Assembly (NCBI GenBank): GCA_002498725.1
Contig: DAIJ01000032.1
Span: forward strand, 64,705-128,704
Source: Euryarchaeota archaeon UBA23
GTDB lineage: Archaea; Thermoplasmatota; Poseidoniia; Poseidoniales; Thalassarchaeaceae
DNA length: 64,000 nt
Direction: 5' to 3'
The notes beneath the pieces are model-generated. The model was not told where the DNA came from. It was given only the letters and a program-made list of their open reading frames with translations, and did no database searches. This document shows positions 31,086 to 41,000 of the stretch, one piece after another (position 1 is the stretch's first letter; each line of letters opens with the position of its first letter). The translations under genes were made by a program, and so were the position numbers.

Positions 31086-31725
31086 GACCCAATACCAATC
31101 TTGGATCTGGATAATTTCTTAGAGCCAATTCTCTATCTTCGGGTTTTACAACTCCTGGCATATCATGTGTTTCGGGTTCTAGTAAAGATAATTGAAAGTG
31201 AAGATGAGGATCCCAACCTCCATTTTCATGTTTATCTCCCATCCAGCATATGACTTCTCCTTTGCTAATTTTTTGTCCAATCTCTTTACCATCTATTGAT
31301 TGGGAGTTTAGATGACCGTACAATGCCCATACAGGTATACCTCCAATATCATGCTTGGTGATTATTACATAACCATAGTCTCCATCTTCAGGATTATACC
31401 CAAAGTGTGAGATTTCACCCTCTTTAAAAGCCATACAAGGAGTCCCTACTGGTCCACCTATGTCTATTCCAATGTGTAGGAATCTACCATCTGAAAAAAT
31501 ATCTGTGGAATACATGCCAGGGCGTAATTCATCATATCTTCCTATGTCAAATTCATATTCTGAAGGTTCGTATTCACCAGTTGTAAAGTCTCTCACATCA
31601 TATTTGTCTGGTAGATTTACAACAGGGTGGTAACTATCAGTATCCCAATCAATCATACCCCTGCGAGAGGGTAACAGGACATCATTCCTCCTCTTGGGCT
31701 TCTTCTGCAAGAGCCCTAATTCCAC
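31075..31725 (-). CDS. M23-family zinc metallopeptidase (LytM/lysostaphin-like catalytic domain), no signal peptide
   Basis: 216 aa. HxxxD motif HIGIDIGG and HxH motif PHLHFQ. No N-terminal hydrophobic segment. The 5-prime end overlaps rmuC by 44 nt; an internal Met (MIDWDTD) at about 31656 would remove the overlap. Confidence 0.7.
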   Translation of the reverse strand: MELGLLQKKPKRRNDVLLPSRRGMIDWDTDSYHPVVNLPDKYDVRDFTTGEYEPSEYEFDIGRYDELRPGMYSTDIFSDGRFLHIGIDIGGPVGTPCMAFKEGEISHFGYNPEDGDYGYVIITKHDIGGIPVWALYGHLNSQSIDGKEIGQKISKGEVICWMGDKHENGGWDPHLHFQLSLLEPETHDMPGVVKPEDRELALRNYPDPRLVLGPIY

Positions 31726-32890
31726 TCTTTTCTCTCAATTCTTTCTTGGTTCTAGCGCCAAGTTCCTTCAAATTCTCTGTCCGACGGATTACGTTACCTC
31801 GTCCCTCTTTTAGTCGACTCAAGGCTTCATCATATGTTTCAGTTGCTTGCTTGAGTCTGAATCCAACATCTGTAAATGACTCAAGAAATCTTACAATTTG
31901 GTCGTATAGTCCCCCAGCCTCGTCAATAAGTTTGATTTGATTTTTACTTTGCAATTCACGTTTCCACATATCTTTGATTAGTATTAATGCTGTTACAATG
32001 GTTGCTCCTGTGACTACCTTTACATTGATATTACCTGCTAAATCCATATACAGTTCCGGACTTTGTCGCATGGCGGCTCCGAAGGCACTTTCTAGTGGTA
32101 CAAACATCAACACAAATTCAACAGAGTTTACTGTTTCCATATCTTGGTACCTCTTTGATGCTAGCTTCTTTGCATGATTCGCTATTGACTCACAATGATC
32201 TTTCATTGCTTCCTCTGCTTCCAATTCATTTTCTGCATTAACAAATCGATCCCAAGCCTTTAGAGATACTTTGGAATCAATAATCACTTGACGATTATCT
32301 GGTAAATTGATAATGAAGTCAGTTCTCTTACGCTTCCCATCAGCAGACGTTTCTGAAAGTTGCTTAACATAATCTCTATTCTCAACAAATCCCATTGATT
32401 GCAGTAGATTTTCCAAAACCAGTTCCCCCCACGCACCCTGAGCTTGCGCGTCCGCTTTTAGTGCATTAGTCAGAGATTTTGTATCCTCACTTAATTTAAT
32501 GCCGAGATTAGCGACAGTGTTTATCTCATTTTTTAATTTAGCATCGCGATCAATAGATTCTCGTTCAAAACGGTTGATATTTTCATTAAAGTTCTTTAGA
32601 TCCTGCTGCAATTTTTCAGTAGCATTTTTGAAAGATGATTCTTTTTCAATATCTGCTTCTTTTACCACGGACTTAAACGCCTCAGTAGCAGCAATTTTGT
32701 ATGAGTCTAGCATTTGAGTCTTAGTTTCTTCTAAAGCGGTACCCTTTGCCTCAAGAAGTGTTTTAGTCCTGAGTAATTCAATCTCAATTTCCTCTGTTCC
32801 AAGGGGGTTATTCGGTCTTTTTATTACCCATAAAGCACCTGCTCCTACAATTATTCCAAGAAGAACATAGACAAGCGCCAAGAGTTCCAT
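31682..32890 (-). CDS. rmuC: RmuC-family DNA recombination protein (N-terminal TM, coiled coil, C-terminal nuclease-like domain)
   Basis: 402 aa. N-terminal TM LLALVYVLLGIIVGAGALWVI, a long coiled coil, and a conserved RmuC core (DFIINLPDNRQVIIDSKVSLKAW ... VEFVLMFVPLESAF). Confidence 0.7.
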   Translation of the reverse strand: MELLALVYVLLGIIVGAGALWVIKRPNNPLGTEEIEIELLRTKTLLEAKGTALEETKTQMLDSYKIAATEAFKSVVKEADIEKESSFKNATEKLQQDLKNFNENINRFERESIDRDAKLKNEINTVANLGIKLSEDTKSLTNALKADAQAQGAWGELVLENLLQSMGFVENRDYVKQLSETSADGKRKRTDFIINLPDNRQVIIDSKVSLKAWDRFVNAENELEAEEAMKDHCESIANHAKKLASKRYQDMETVNSVEFVLMFVPLESAFGAAMRQSPELYMDLAGNINVKVVTGATIVTALILIKDMWKRELQSKNQIKLIDEAGGLYDQIVRFLESFTDVGFRLKQATETYDEALSRLKEGRGNVIRRTENLKELGARTKKELREKSGIRALAEEAQEEE

Positions 32891-32895
32891 ATATC

Positions 32896-32930
32896 TGCAA
32901 TAATAATTGAGAGTATTTTAACAATTGCAG
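32896..32930. promoter_or_regulatory. inverted repeat CTGCAAT-N21-ATTGCAG in the rmuC / asd divergent promoter region
   Basis: 7-bp arms flanking an AT-rich core (TATTTTAACAATTG) that contains a TATA-like element. Confidence 0.3.
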
Positions 32931-32988
32931 TATAATGTCTAATTATCAGCAAACATACTTTTAGGTACCTGTTATAGATCGCGAGTTC

Positions 32989-34095
32989 ATGAGTTCTCTT
33001 GGTAGAGTTCGTTGTGCTATATTAGGCGCTAGAGGTTTGGTAGCACAACGATTTTTCCAAAGATTGCAACATCATCCTTGGATTCAACCAGTAGCAGTTA
33101 TTGGTTCCTCTTCAACTGCTGGAACTCCCTACGACGAATGTCTTTGGAGCCTTGAAGAGCCTAGACCAATTAATACTGATTTGATAATTGATGGATTAGA
33201 TGATAAAGAACAGTTAGCTCAAAAATTAAACCAATTGGGTGTCAGAATTGTGTTTTCCGCACTTCCTGACGAACCGGCTGGAAAAGTTGAGAAATATCTA
33301 GCATCTTCAGGTTTCGTTGTAATATCTCATGCACAGGTAAATCGATTGGAAGAAGAAATTCCTCTGATAATTCCCGAAGTCAATACTTCAGACCTATCTC
33401 TATTAGATGTACAGAACTTCTATGGTGATGGTAAACTAGTTTCTTGTAGTAACTGCATGGTTGTTCCTCTTGCCCTTTCAATAAGTCCGATATCAAATAT
33501 TTACGACATTGTATCAATCAATATATCTACTGAGCAGTCACTATCAGGAGGGGGTCGAAAAATGCTATCTGATAATCTTGAAAGCGGGTCTATTGATCCA
33601 GAAATCCCAGGTGAGAGTGAATCAGTTAAGGAGGAATTGAAGAGAATTCTAAATGCTGATTTCATCATCAATGCAAATTGTAAGAGAGTTTTACGGCATC
33701 ATGGTCATAGTGCCCGTGTTGTCATCCAGTTCAATCAATCAATTAGTGCACATAAAATAATTACAAAATGGGATGAATTTACTAGTAGATCTCAAAAACT
33801 TTCTTTACCTTCTGCTCCGGGAAAAATCATTCATTTTGTTGATGGTCCTATCTCTGATAGTCATAGATGGTTGGGATTTGAAACCTCAAAGAATCCTTCA
33901 AAGGATCTACGTGCAGGAATGGGTGTGGCTATTTCTGATGTCCAAGTTGAAGAAATGGTATTGGGTTTTACAGTATTTTGTGATAATACAATCAGAGGTG
34001 CCGCAGGTTATGGGGTACTTCTTGCGGAACAACTTCTTGCTGATGGTTTAGTTCATGATAATGATACAGTTCTAACACAAACAGGTAACCAATGA
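32989..34095 (+). CDS. asd: aspartate-semialdehyde dehydrogenase family protein
   Basis: 368 aa. N-terminal Rossmann GARGLVAQRF and an active-site Cys motif SNCMVVPL characteristic of ASADH. Confidence 0.6.
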   Translation: MSSLGRVRCAILGARGLVAQRFFQRLQHHPWIQPVAVIGSSSTAGTPYDECLWSLEEPRPINTDLIIDGLDDKEQLAQKLNQLGVRIVFSALPDEPAGKVEKYLASSGFVVISHAQVNRLEEEIPLIIPEVNTSDLSLLDVQNFYGDGKLVSCSNCMVVPLALSISPISNIYDIVSINISTEQSLSGGGRKMLSDNLESGSIDPEIPGESESVKEELKRILNADFIINANCKRVLRHHGHSARVVIQFNQSISAHKIITKWDEFTSRSQKLSLPSAPGKIIHFVDGPISDSHRWLGFETSKNPSKDLRAGMGVAISDVQVEEMVLGFTVFCDNTIRGAAGYGVLLAEQLLADGLVHDNDTVLTQTGNQ

Positions 34096-34105
34096 TTTCT
34101 ATAGG

Positions 34106-34771
34106 TTGGTATATTTTCAACCACACAAGCAAATAGTAATGTCCCTTACGGAACTCGTGAAACAGCGTAGTCTGGCTATGATTTTGTCTTCACTTCCAGA
34201 ACATCCTTGTAATAGCGTAGAATTAGAACAATATTCTACAAGTGGCGATATTGCCGCAATATTGACTATGGAGATGCTAGCTAGAGGGGATTTAAATCAA
34301 GATTCAGTAGTGGTAGATTTGGGTTCGGGAAATGGTATTTTGGGTATTTCTACTGCATTAATGGGTGCTTCACAAGTTGTATTGGTAGAGATTGACCAGT
34401 CAGCTTGTGCTATTGCATTTGAGGCAATAAAGAAGACAAAAGTAGGAGATATAGTGGAAGTTATGTGCTGTTCTGTAGATGAATCACTAGATTTGGTAGG
34501 AGTAGATCTGGTGATATCGAATCCACCATGGGGTTTTCAGACTCCTAAGGCTGATCGCCCATTTCTCGAAGCAATAATTCGCAGTGAAGCGACATCCTAT
34601 CTAATTCATAGCGCAGAAGCCACTCATATTGAACCAATGTTTCGTAATTTGAGTTGGGGTGTGGAACGATGGTGGGAGGCAGATTTTTCATTACCATCAA
34701 GATATCCTCATCATTCTAAGCGTCAATCCAGAACTAAAGCAGCATTCTGGAGATTAACTCCTCCTTCGTAA
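34106..34771 (+). CDS. small SAM-dependent methyltransferase with NPPW motif (METTL5/HemK-like RNA or protein N-methyltransferase)
   Basis: 221 aa. SAM motif VVDLGSGNGILG, acidic motif VLVEID and catalytic ISNPPWG. Probable start at MSLTEL (about 34139). Confidence 0.55.
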   Translation: MVYFQPHKQIVMSLTELVKQRSLAMILSSLPEHPCNSVELEQYSTSGDIAAILTMEMLARGDLNQDSVVVDLGSGNGILGISTALMGASQVVLVEIDQSACAIAFEAIKKTKVGDIVEVMCCSVDESLDLVGVDLVISNPPWGFQTPKADRPFLEAIIRSEATSYLIHSAEATHIEPMFRNLSWGVERWWEADFSLPSRYPHHSKRQSRTKAAFWRLTPPS

Positions 34772-34801
34772 AATTCCTCGGTATTGCCATGCTATCCATG
34801 G

Positions 34802-34828
34802 CCGGACCGTTCATAGGGGGCTGTCCGG
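34802..34828. promoter_or_regulatory. inverted repeat CCGGAC-N15-GTCCGG bracketing a TCATAGGGGG TATA-like element 27 nt upstream of the csl4 ATG; adjacent CCATG-N5-CATGG at 34787-34801
   Basis: Read directly. The ATAGGG at 34814-34819 is positioned as in the ccmAB and Trx-adhesin promoters. Confidence 0.35.
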
Positions 34829-34840
34829 TCGCGCGGCTTA

Positions 34841-36145
34841 ATGAGTGCTGTTGCTGGTGACTTTGTAACCCCCGGCAATCCTGTAGAGGTACCTGATGGC
34901 TCAGAACTTGGAATAGGGGTAATCGAAACTGATTCAGGCGCTGTGGCATTATTTACAGGTACTGTAAAGAATAAAGATGGCAGAATTTCGATAGAATCTA
35001 GTTCAGATTCAGTAAATATGCCAGTAGTTGGGGATGAAGTAATTGCTCAGGTAACAAAATTAATGCCTAAGGTTGCCATGGTTAGACTCCTCCACATAGA
35101 AAAACCAGGAGGTCATAGGAATTTGTCTGCTGAACATCTTCATGCCGACATATTTGTTACTGAAATTGTAGATCGCTTCTTGCCTTCACCAGGAGATGCC
35201 ATGAGATCTCGAGACTTTTTACGTGTTCGAATAACTCAGGTTGAACCTAACATTAAGGCCAGTACTCGAGGTTCTCCTGAACTTGGTGTTCTTGCAGCGA
35301 TTTGCCCTGCATGTGGCATTGATCTTATACTGTCTTCAACAAATAATGACTTCAATGTGGATTGTCCAAGATGTGATTATACAGGGTATAGAGCACTTTC
35401 GAATGGTTTTGGCCATGGCCACCTTTTAGGCGAAGACATCCAGAATTTAAATCGTCTAGGAGAAAGGTGGTCAGCAGAGGCAGAACCGTATCTAGGGCAT
35501 GAAGGCGCTAGACCATATTTGTCACCTTTAGCAGATCATCGTCGCGGTATTACTCATGATGCTCCGGCCCCTGCAATCCGTATGCGCTCTCAAATGACAG
35601 GAAAAGGAGGCAGCGGAGGAAGAGGTAAAGGTGTTCAGCGTGTAAAACATGATTGTAAATGTACACTTTGTGGAACCGAGACATCCGTTCCCTTTGAACC
35701 AACACCGGGTAAACCTATTCGATGTAGAGATTGTATGGATAAGGTGAAAGAAGGGAAAGCTAGCAAAGAACAATTGGCGGCGGAAAGAGAACTCCTAATG
35801 ACGGCTAGAGCAGAAGCAGCGGAAGCCTCAGGCATCAAATTATTCATAGCTCGTTTATCATATTCTGCTAGTGAAGACGAACTTAGAGAACTATTCAGTA
35901 AGTATGGAGAAATTACAGAGTGCAGCATCGCCAAAGATAAGGAATCAGGAAAGTCTAGGGGCTTCGCTTTCGTTAAATTTTCTAGTCGGAAGGCGGGTCA
36001 AAAGGCAATCAATGAACTCAATGGTTCAGAAGTCCATGGACGTAAAATAAACATTCAGGAATCAAATGAGGGCGGAGGGCGCCGCGAAGGCGGCAGAGGT
36101 GGTAGAAATAACGCCCGCCATAGAGGAAAAAGATCGAAGTCGTGA
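34841..36145 (+). CDS. csl4: exosome subunit Csl4-like (S1 + Zn ribbon) fused to a second zinc ribbon and a C-terminal RRM domain with RGG tail
   Basis: 434 aa. N-terminal Csl4-like region with an S1 fold and Zn ribbon CPACGIDLILSSTNNDFNVDCPRCDY. Then CKCTLCGTE...CRDCMDKV. Then an RRM with RNP2 KLFIARLSY and RNP1 RGFAFVKF. Then GGGRREGGRGGRNNARHRGKRSKS. Confidence 0.65.
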   Translation: MSAVAGDFVTPGNPVEVPDGSELGIGVIETDSGAVALFTGTVKNKDGRISIESSSDSVNMPVVGDEVIAQVTKLMPKVAMVRLLHIEKPGGHRNLSAEHLHADIFVTEIVDRFLPSPGDAMRSRDFLRVRITQVEPNIKASTRGSPELGVLAAICPACGIDLILSSTNNDFNVDCPRCDYTGYRALSNGFGHGHLLGEDIQNLNRLGERWSAEAEPYLGHEGARPYLSPLADHRRGITHDAPAPAIRMRSQMTGKGGSGGRGKGVQRVKHDCKCTLCGTETSVPFEPTPGKPIRCRDCMDKVKEGKASKEQLAAERELLMTARAEAAEASGIKLFIARLSYSASEDELRELFSKYGEITECSIAKDKESGKSRGFAFVKFSSRKAGQKAINELNGSEVHGRKINIQESNEGGGRREGGRGGRNNARHRGKRSKS

Positions 36146-36181
36146 AGACTTGAACCTCAACCCGACAAATAGGGACGAGTT

Positions 36182-37963
36182 ATGGAAGGCTGGCTTATTC
36201 TCGATGGATACGAGGATGAACCAGCTGCTTTTGGAGTGCCAAATTACTTAGGATTCCATATACGATACATATGTGGAGTCTTGGAATCTAGAGGGATTCC
36301 GTATACATATATGACAATAGATGAATGGAGACTTTTACACAAGAATAAGATAAATGATTCTAACTCACGCTCTAACCTTAAGCGAAAATTATCTGATTTA
36401 GATGGTGCTGTCGTTTTAGCAGGAGCTATTGTTCCTGGAAAGTACGTTCGTGGGACACCAATCTCTCGTCGTGAACTTGATGATTTCTTAGCAGTATTCC
36501 CTAGTGGACAACCGATATTAGCTGGAGGTTGGGCGATAAGACACTGGCGTTACGATGGATGGATCCCAATAAGGAATAATTTATTTTGTGCTGTTCAAGA
36601 TACAGATGCCACATTAGAATACTTCCTTAGCACTGGTAATTGGAAACACAAAAGACGGACTGCTGAACAATGGAATAAGTGGGCCAAGTCAGGCGCTGCA
36701 GGTCTTTGTGTGACCAAACATCCCGATCTTTATACTTCTGATGGGCGATCCGGACCACTAACCTACGAGGTCGAATTGTATCAGGGTTGTGTGCGATACA
36801 AAAGAGGCTGCAAATTTTGTATCGAACCGAAAAAAGGAGTGCCAATTTGGAGAGAACAGAATGAAGTAATTGCTGAGGTAACTACTGCAATAGACCATGG
36901 AGTAAGACACGTTAGAATAGGTGGGGCTACAGATATTTACACCTATAAAGCGGATGGAGTTTTAGATTTAGAATATCCAATCCCTAACCCAGAGCCGATT
37001 GCCGAGGTTCTACATGGATTGAGAGAAGACGAACGTTTGGAAATTCTACATGTAGACAATGCGAATCCTTCAATCATGGCTGAAAACATTGAACCGGCTA
37101 CTGAAATAACGAAATCCCTCATAGAAACTTTGTCAGATGGAGCAGTTCTCTCATTTGGTTTAGAGTCCGCAGATCCTAAGGTACACAAAGAAAACTGGCT
37201 TAATTGTAATTCGGAACAACTGAAAATTGCTATTAGGCATATCAATGAGTATGGTCGTGAACGTGGTAAAAGAGGTTTACCAAAACTCCTTCCCGGCCTC
37301 AATTTCATTGCTGGTCTAAATGGTGAATCTGAAGAAACTTACAACATGAATCGGACTCTTCTTAATAGTCTTAGATCGGAAGGTCTTTGGTTACGTAGAA
37401 TAAACATTCGACAGGTTGAAGGTCAAGGTTTCCAAGAAGTACAAGATGGCGCATTTAGGAAATTTAAGAAGAGTGTCAGAGAAGAGATAGACCATCCTCT
37501 TCTTCAGGAAATTTTTCCAATAGGTACACCTCTTTCAGACGTTTGGTGGGAATCTCATGAAGATAGAATTAGAAGACCTCAACATGTTCTTGATCCAATA
37601 CACCAAGACCTCAGTATATACGGCCGTTCTGGTATAACTTTCGGGCGTCAGATTGGCGCTTACCCAATATTGGTAGGTGTACCATATCTAATACCTCTTG
37701 AGACCGAATCAGATATTATTGTCACAGGTCATGGAATGCGTAGTATATCAGGGATTGAGTCCAACCTTTCGATCAATACAGCGACCGAATCACAATTGTC
37801 TGCGATACCAGGAATAGGTCAAAAGACGGCTTGGAAATTAATCTCAGCAAGAGCCAGAGAATTACGAAATAATCCAGAAAGACCGTTTTCAACTGTAGAA
37901 GAGGCCTTTCAATCAATAAAAGTACAGCCCTATGGGCTGGCTCTTGAGGTCCTCAAGGCATGA
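36182..37963 (+). CDS. radical-SAM-like protein (variant C-x6-C-x2-C cluster motif) with C-terminal helix-hairpin-helix
   Basis: 593 aa. YQGCVRYKRGCKFCIEP Cys cluster inside a TIM-barrel-like core. C-terminal HhH motif LSAIPGIGQKTAWKLI. Exact family unresolved. Confidence 0.45.
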   Translation: MEGWLILDGYEDEPAAFGVPNYLGFHIRYICGVLESRGIPYTYMTIDEWRLLHKNKINDSNSRSNLKRKLSDLDGAVVLAGAIVPGKYVRGTPISRRELDDFLAVFPSGQPILAGGWAIRHWRYDGWIPIRNNLFCAVQDTDATLEYFLSTGNWKHKRRTAEQWNKWAKSGAAGLCVTKHPDLYTSDGRSGPLTYEVELYQGCVRYKRGCKFCIEPKKGVPIWREQNEVIAEVTTAIDHGVRHVRIGGATDIYTYKADGVLDLEYPIPNPEPIAEVLHGLREDERLEILHVDNANPSIMAENIEPATEITKSLIETLSDGAVLSFGLESADPKVHKENWLNCNSEQLKIAIRHINEYGRERGKRGLPKLLPGLNFIAGLNGESEETYNMNRTLLNSLRSEGLWLRRINIRQVEGQGFQEVQDGAFRKFKKSVREEIDHPLLQEIFPIGTPLSDVWWESHEDRIRRPQHVLDPIHQDLSIYGRSGITFGRQIGAYPILVGVPYLIPLETESDIIVTGHGMRSISGIESNLSINTATESQLSAIPGIGQKTAWKLISARARELRNNPERPFSTVEEAFQSIKVQPYGLALEVLKA

Positions 37964-38018
37964 TGCAGACCGTTCATACATAGGGAATAGTCATAATCTC
38001 AACAATAACGCCAGAGTC

Positions 38019-41000
38019 ATGCATTCAGTACGAGGAAGGAAAATCTTGGCTGTGGGGATATGTGTTTTATTCCTTATGATTTCAGCATCAACAGTAATTT
38101 CAGATAGTTCCGAAAAAATAATTTCTTTAGACGAAGTTGTTAGGAAATCAAATACTAATTCTAATGACTTGAATTTAAATGGAACTGAATCTGGCTCAAT
38201 TTTCTCAAATTCTGCATTGGAAATTGGTACTGATGGCCCCTCTCTTGTCCTTTCAAATGGTACAATTGTAAAGTGGACAAATGGCAATCCTGTATACATT
38301 GAAGGTGATGTAATGTCAACCTCAAATCGTTGTAACATATTGAAAAATTATTCTTTATATTGTTCTGGTTCCAATAATTATGGCCAATTAGGATTGGGAT
38401 CAACCAGTTTGACAGAAGGTTATGTTTCTCTAAATTCAGCACCTTTAGTGGTATCATCAGGTAGCCATCATACTTGTGCTATTCTGAATGATGCGAGTCT
38501 ATGGTGTTGGGGTAGAAACAATCTTGGCCAGCTAGGAGATGGTACTTTTACAAATCAAATATCTCCTGTTGAGATCAGCTTAGGTACAGGAGTTATTGCA
38601 GTATCTACTGGCGAAGGTCATACTTGCGCAATCACTCAAACTGGCGTCGCAATGTGTTGGGGTTCGAATATTAGAGGTCAACTTGGAGACGGAACTACAA
38701 CCGATTCAGGTATTCCTGTAGTTGCTAATCATTCAACAGGTCAAAGAATTGTTTCAATAGTCACATCATCTCTTTCTACTTGCGTAATAATACAGAACGG
38801 ATCACTTGGATGTTGGGGTAGTAAGTATACTGTATTTTCAGATCTTGGACCAATCCAATCAAATATTTTCATGATTGATTTAGGCGACGGAGTAACTGCT
38901 GAAATGATTGACTCTTCAGAAACTCATATTTGTGCTGTTGTTAATGATGGTTCTATGCAATGTTGGGGTCTAAATACTCATGGTCAATTAGGAAATGGAA
39001 CTTGTTCTTCAACCTTGAATGAGAATTGTTCTACTGAAAACTCATTTCCAGGAGAAGGGGACTCTAATTCAATAGTCAATATAACAAACGGTTTAACGGT
39101 AATTTCTGCAGCAGCGGGACCCCATTCTACTTGTGCTATAATTTCAGATCATTCGCTAAGATGTTGGGGAGAACAATCTTCCAGTGAATTTGATGGGATT
39201 GGTAATGACCTACTTAATCCATTTGTAATGAACGCAAATACTACTCAAATCCTATTTACAGACCAGGATATTGATGGTGATGGGATCAGGAACATATTCG
39301 AATCCAATCAAACTGGAGATTCTGATGGCGATGGCTTCTTGGATACTGAAGATGATTTTTCAACTAATCCGGCTCTGTGGATTGAGTGCCCCTCTGGGCA
39401 ATATGGAAGAATTACATGTCAAGATGTAGATTCAGGATACTATTCTGATTCCGGCTCACTAATCCAGATTGCTTGCTCCCCCGGTTCTTTCCAACCTAAT
39501 TCTGGGCAGTCAGAATGTCTTGATGCATCGGCGGGATATTTCGTTGAAAATCATACATCTACGTCTCAAACTCAATGTCCATCGGGGCACTATAATTCCT
39601 TGTTGGGGCAGTCTTCCTGTACAGAAGCATCTGCGGGCTCTTATGTAAGTCCGAACGGAGATGATGCCGGGGATACAAGTTCATCTTCAGTGTCATTATC
39701 GCTAATGAGCGCTAACTATACTGGTAATCTAGATGGATCTTCAGACACAGTTGATATATTCAGTCTAACTACTAGTAGACCAACATATTTTTCAGCCAAT
39801 CTTTCTTCACCTCAAGGTTATGATTTTAATTTACTTTTACTAAATAGTAGCTTCAACATAATAGAGTCCAGTACTCTAAATGGCACATTTGATGAAATAT
39901 CAAGCATAGGTTCCTCAAATGCTTCTGGAACATATTTCATTCAGGTAGTTTGGTCTGCCGGAAACAATTCTTTACAAAATTATAACCTTATAGTTAACAT
40001 AAGAAATGTAGATGGAGATCAATCTCAGATAGGAACAACAGAAACTCAAGTAATGGTGGAAAAATATCTTGCATCAAATCTTTGTCAACCTGGTACTTGG
40101 CAGCAATATTCGGGACAGACCTCTTGTGATCAAGCAGATCCTGGATACTTTACTAGTCAGACTGGGGCGACATCTCAAACGCCATGCTCTCCCGGTTTTT
40201 ATCAACCGAGTTCTGGATCTAATTCATGCATAATAGCATCAATAGGCTACTATGTAAGTTATAGTGGCGCCTTAGTACAAACAGCAGCACCTCCTGGCTC
40301 ATATGTCGGCACGAATGGGGCATCTTCGGCAACATTATGTTCTCCGGGAACGTATCAATCACAATCTGGCCAATCGAATTGTTTTGCCACAAATTCCGGA
40401 TATTATGCACCTATTCCTGGTTCCACATCTCAAACCGCTTGTTCGCCAGGATTTTATCAAAATCAGTCTGGTCAAAGTTTTTGTCTACCTGCATCTTCTG
40501 GATATTACGTACAAAATTCCACTTCAACAACTCAGGCAGAATGTTTAGCAGGAACCTATCAACCTAATGCGGGTCAATCATCTTGTATCTTAGCAACTCC
40601 TGGATATTATGTTCCAACTAACACCTCTACAGAACAATATCCTTGTTTACCCGGTTCTTATCAACCTAATTCGGGACAGATTAGTTGCATACTTACTTCG
40701 CCAGGGTACTATACTTCTAACAATTCTTCAGCATCACAAATACCCTGTCCTTTAGGATATTACCAACCACTCCAGGGCCAAGAATCATGTTTAATTGCAG
40801 ATCCTGGTTTTTACGTAGATTCTAATGGTTCGATATTGCAGTTACCGTGCCCCATGGGGTCATATAATCCATTTATTGGAGCACAAAGTTCCAATGACTG
40901 TACTTTGGCCGATCCAGGATTCCACGTTCCATTACAAGGTTCAATTTCTCAGGTTCAGTGTTTAGCAGGAACATACTCTTCATCCTTTGGACAAATAATC

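Noticed and set aside
36066-36251. 61-aa ORF spanning the csl4 stop and the radical SAM start
   Set aside because: It overlaps both flanking well-supported genes in another frame and shows no motif.
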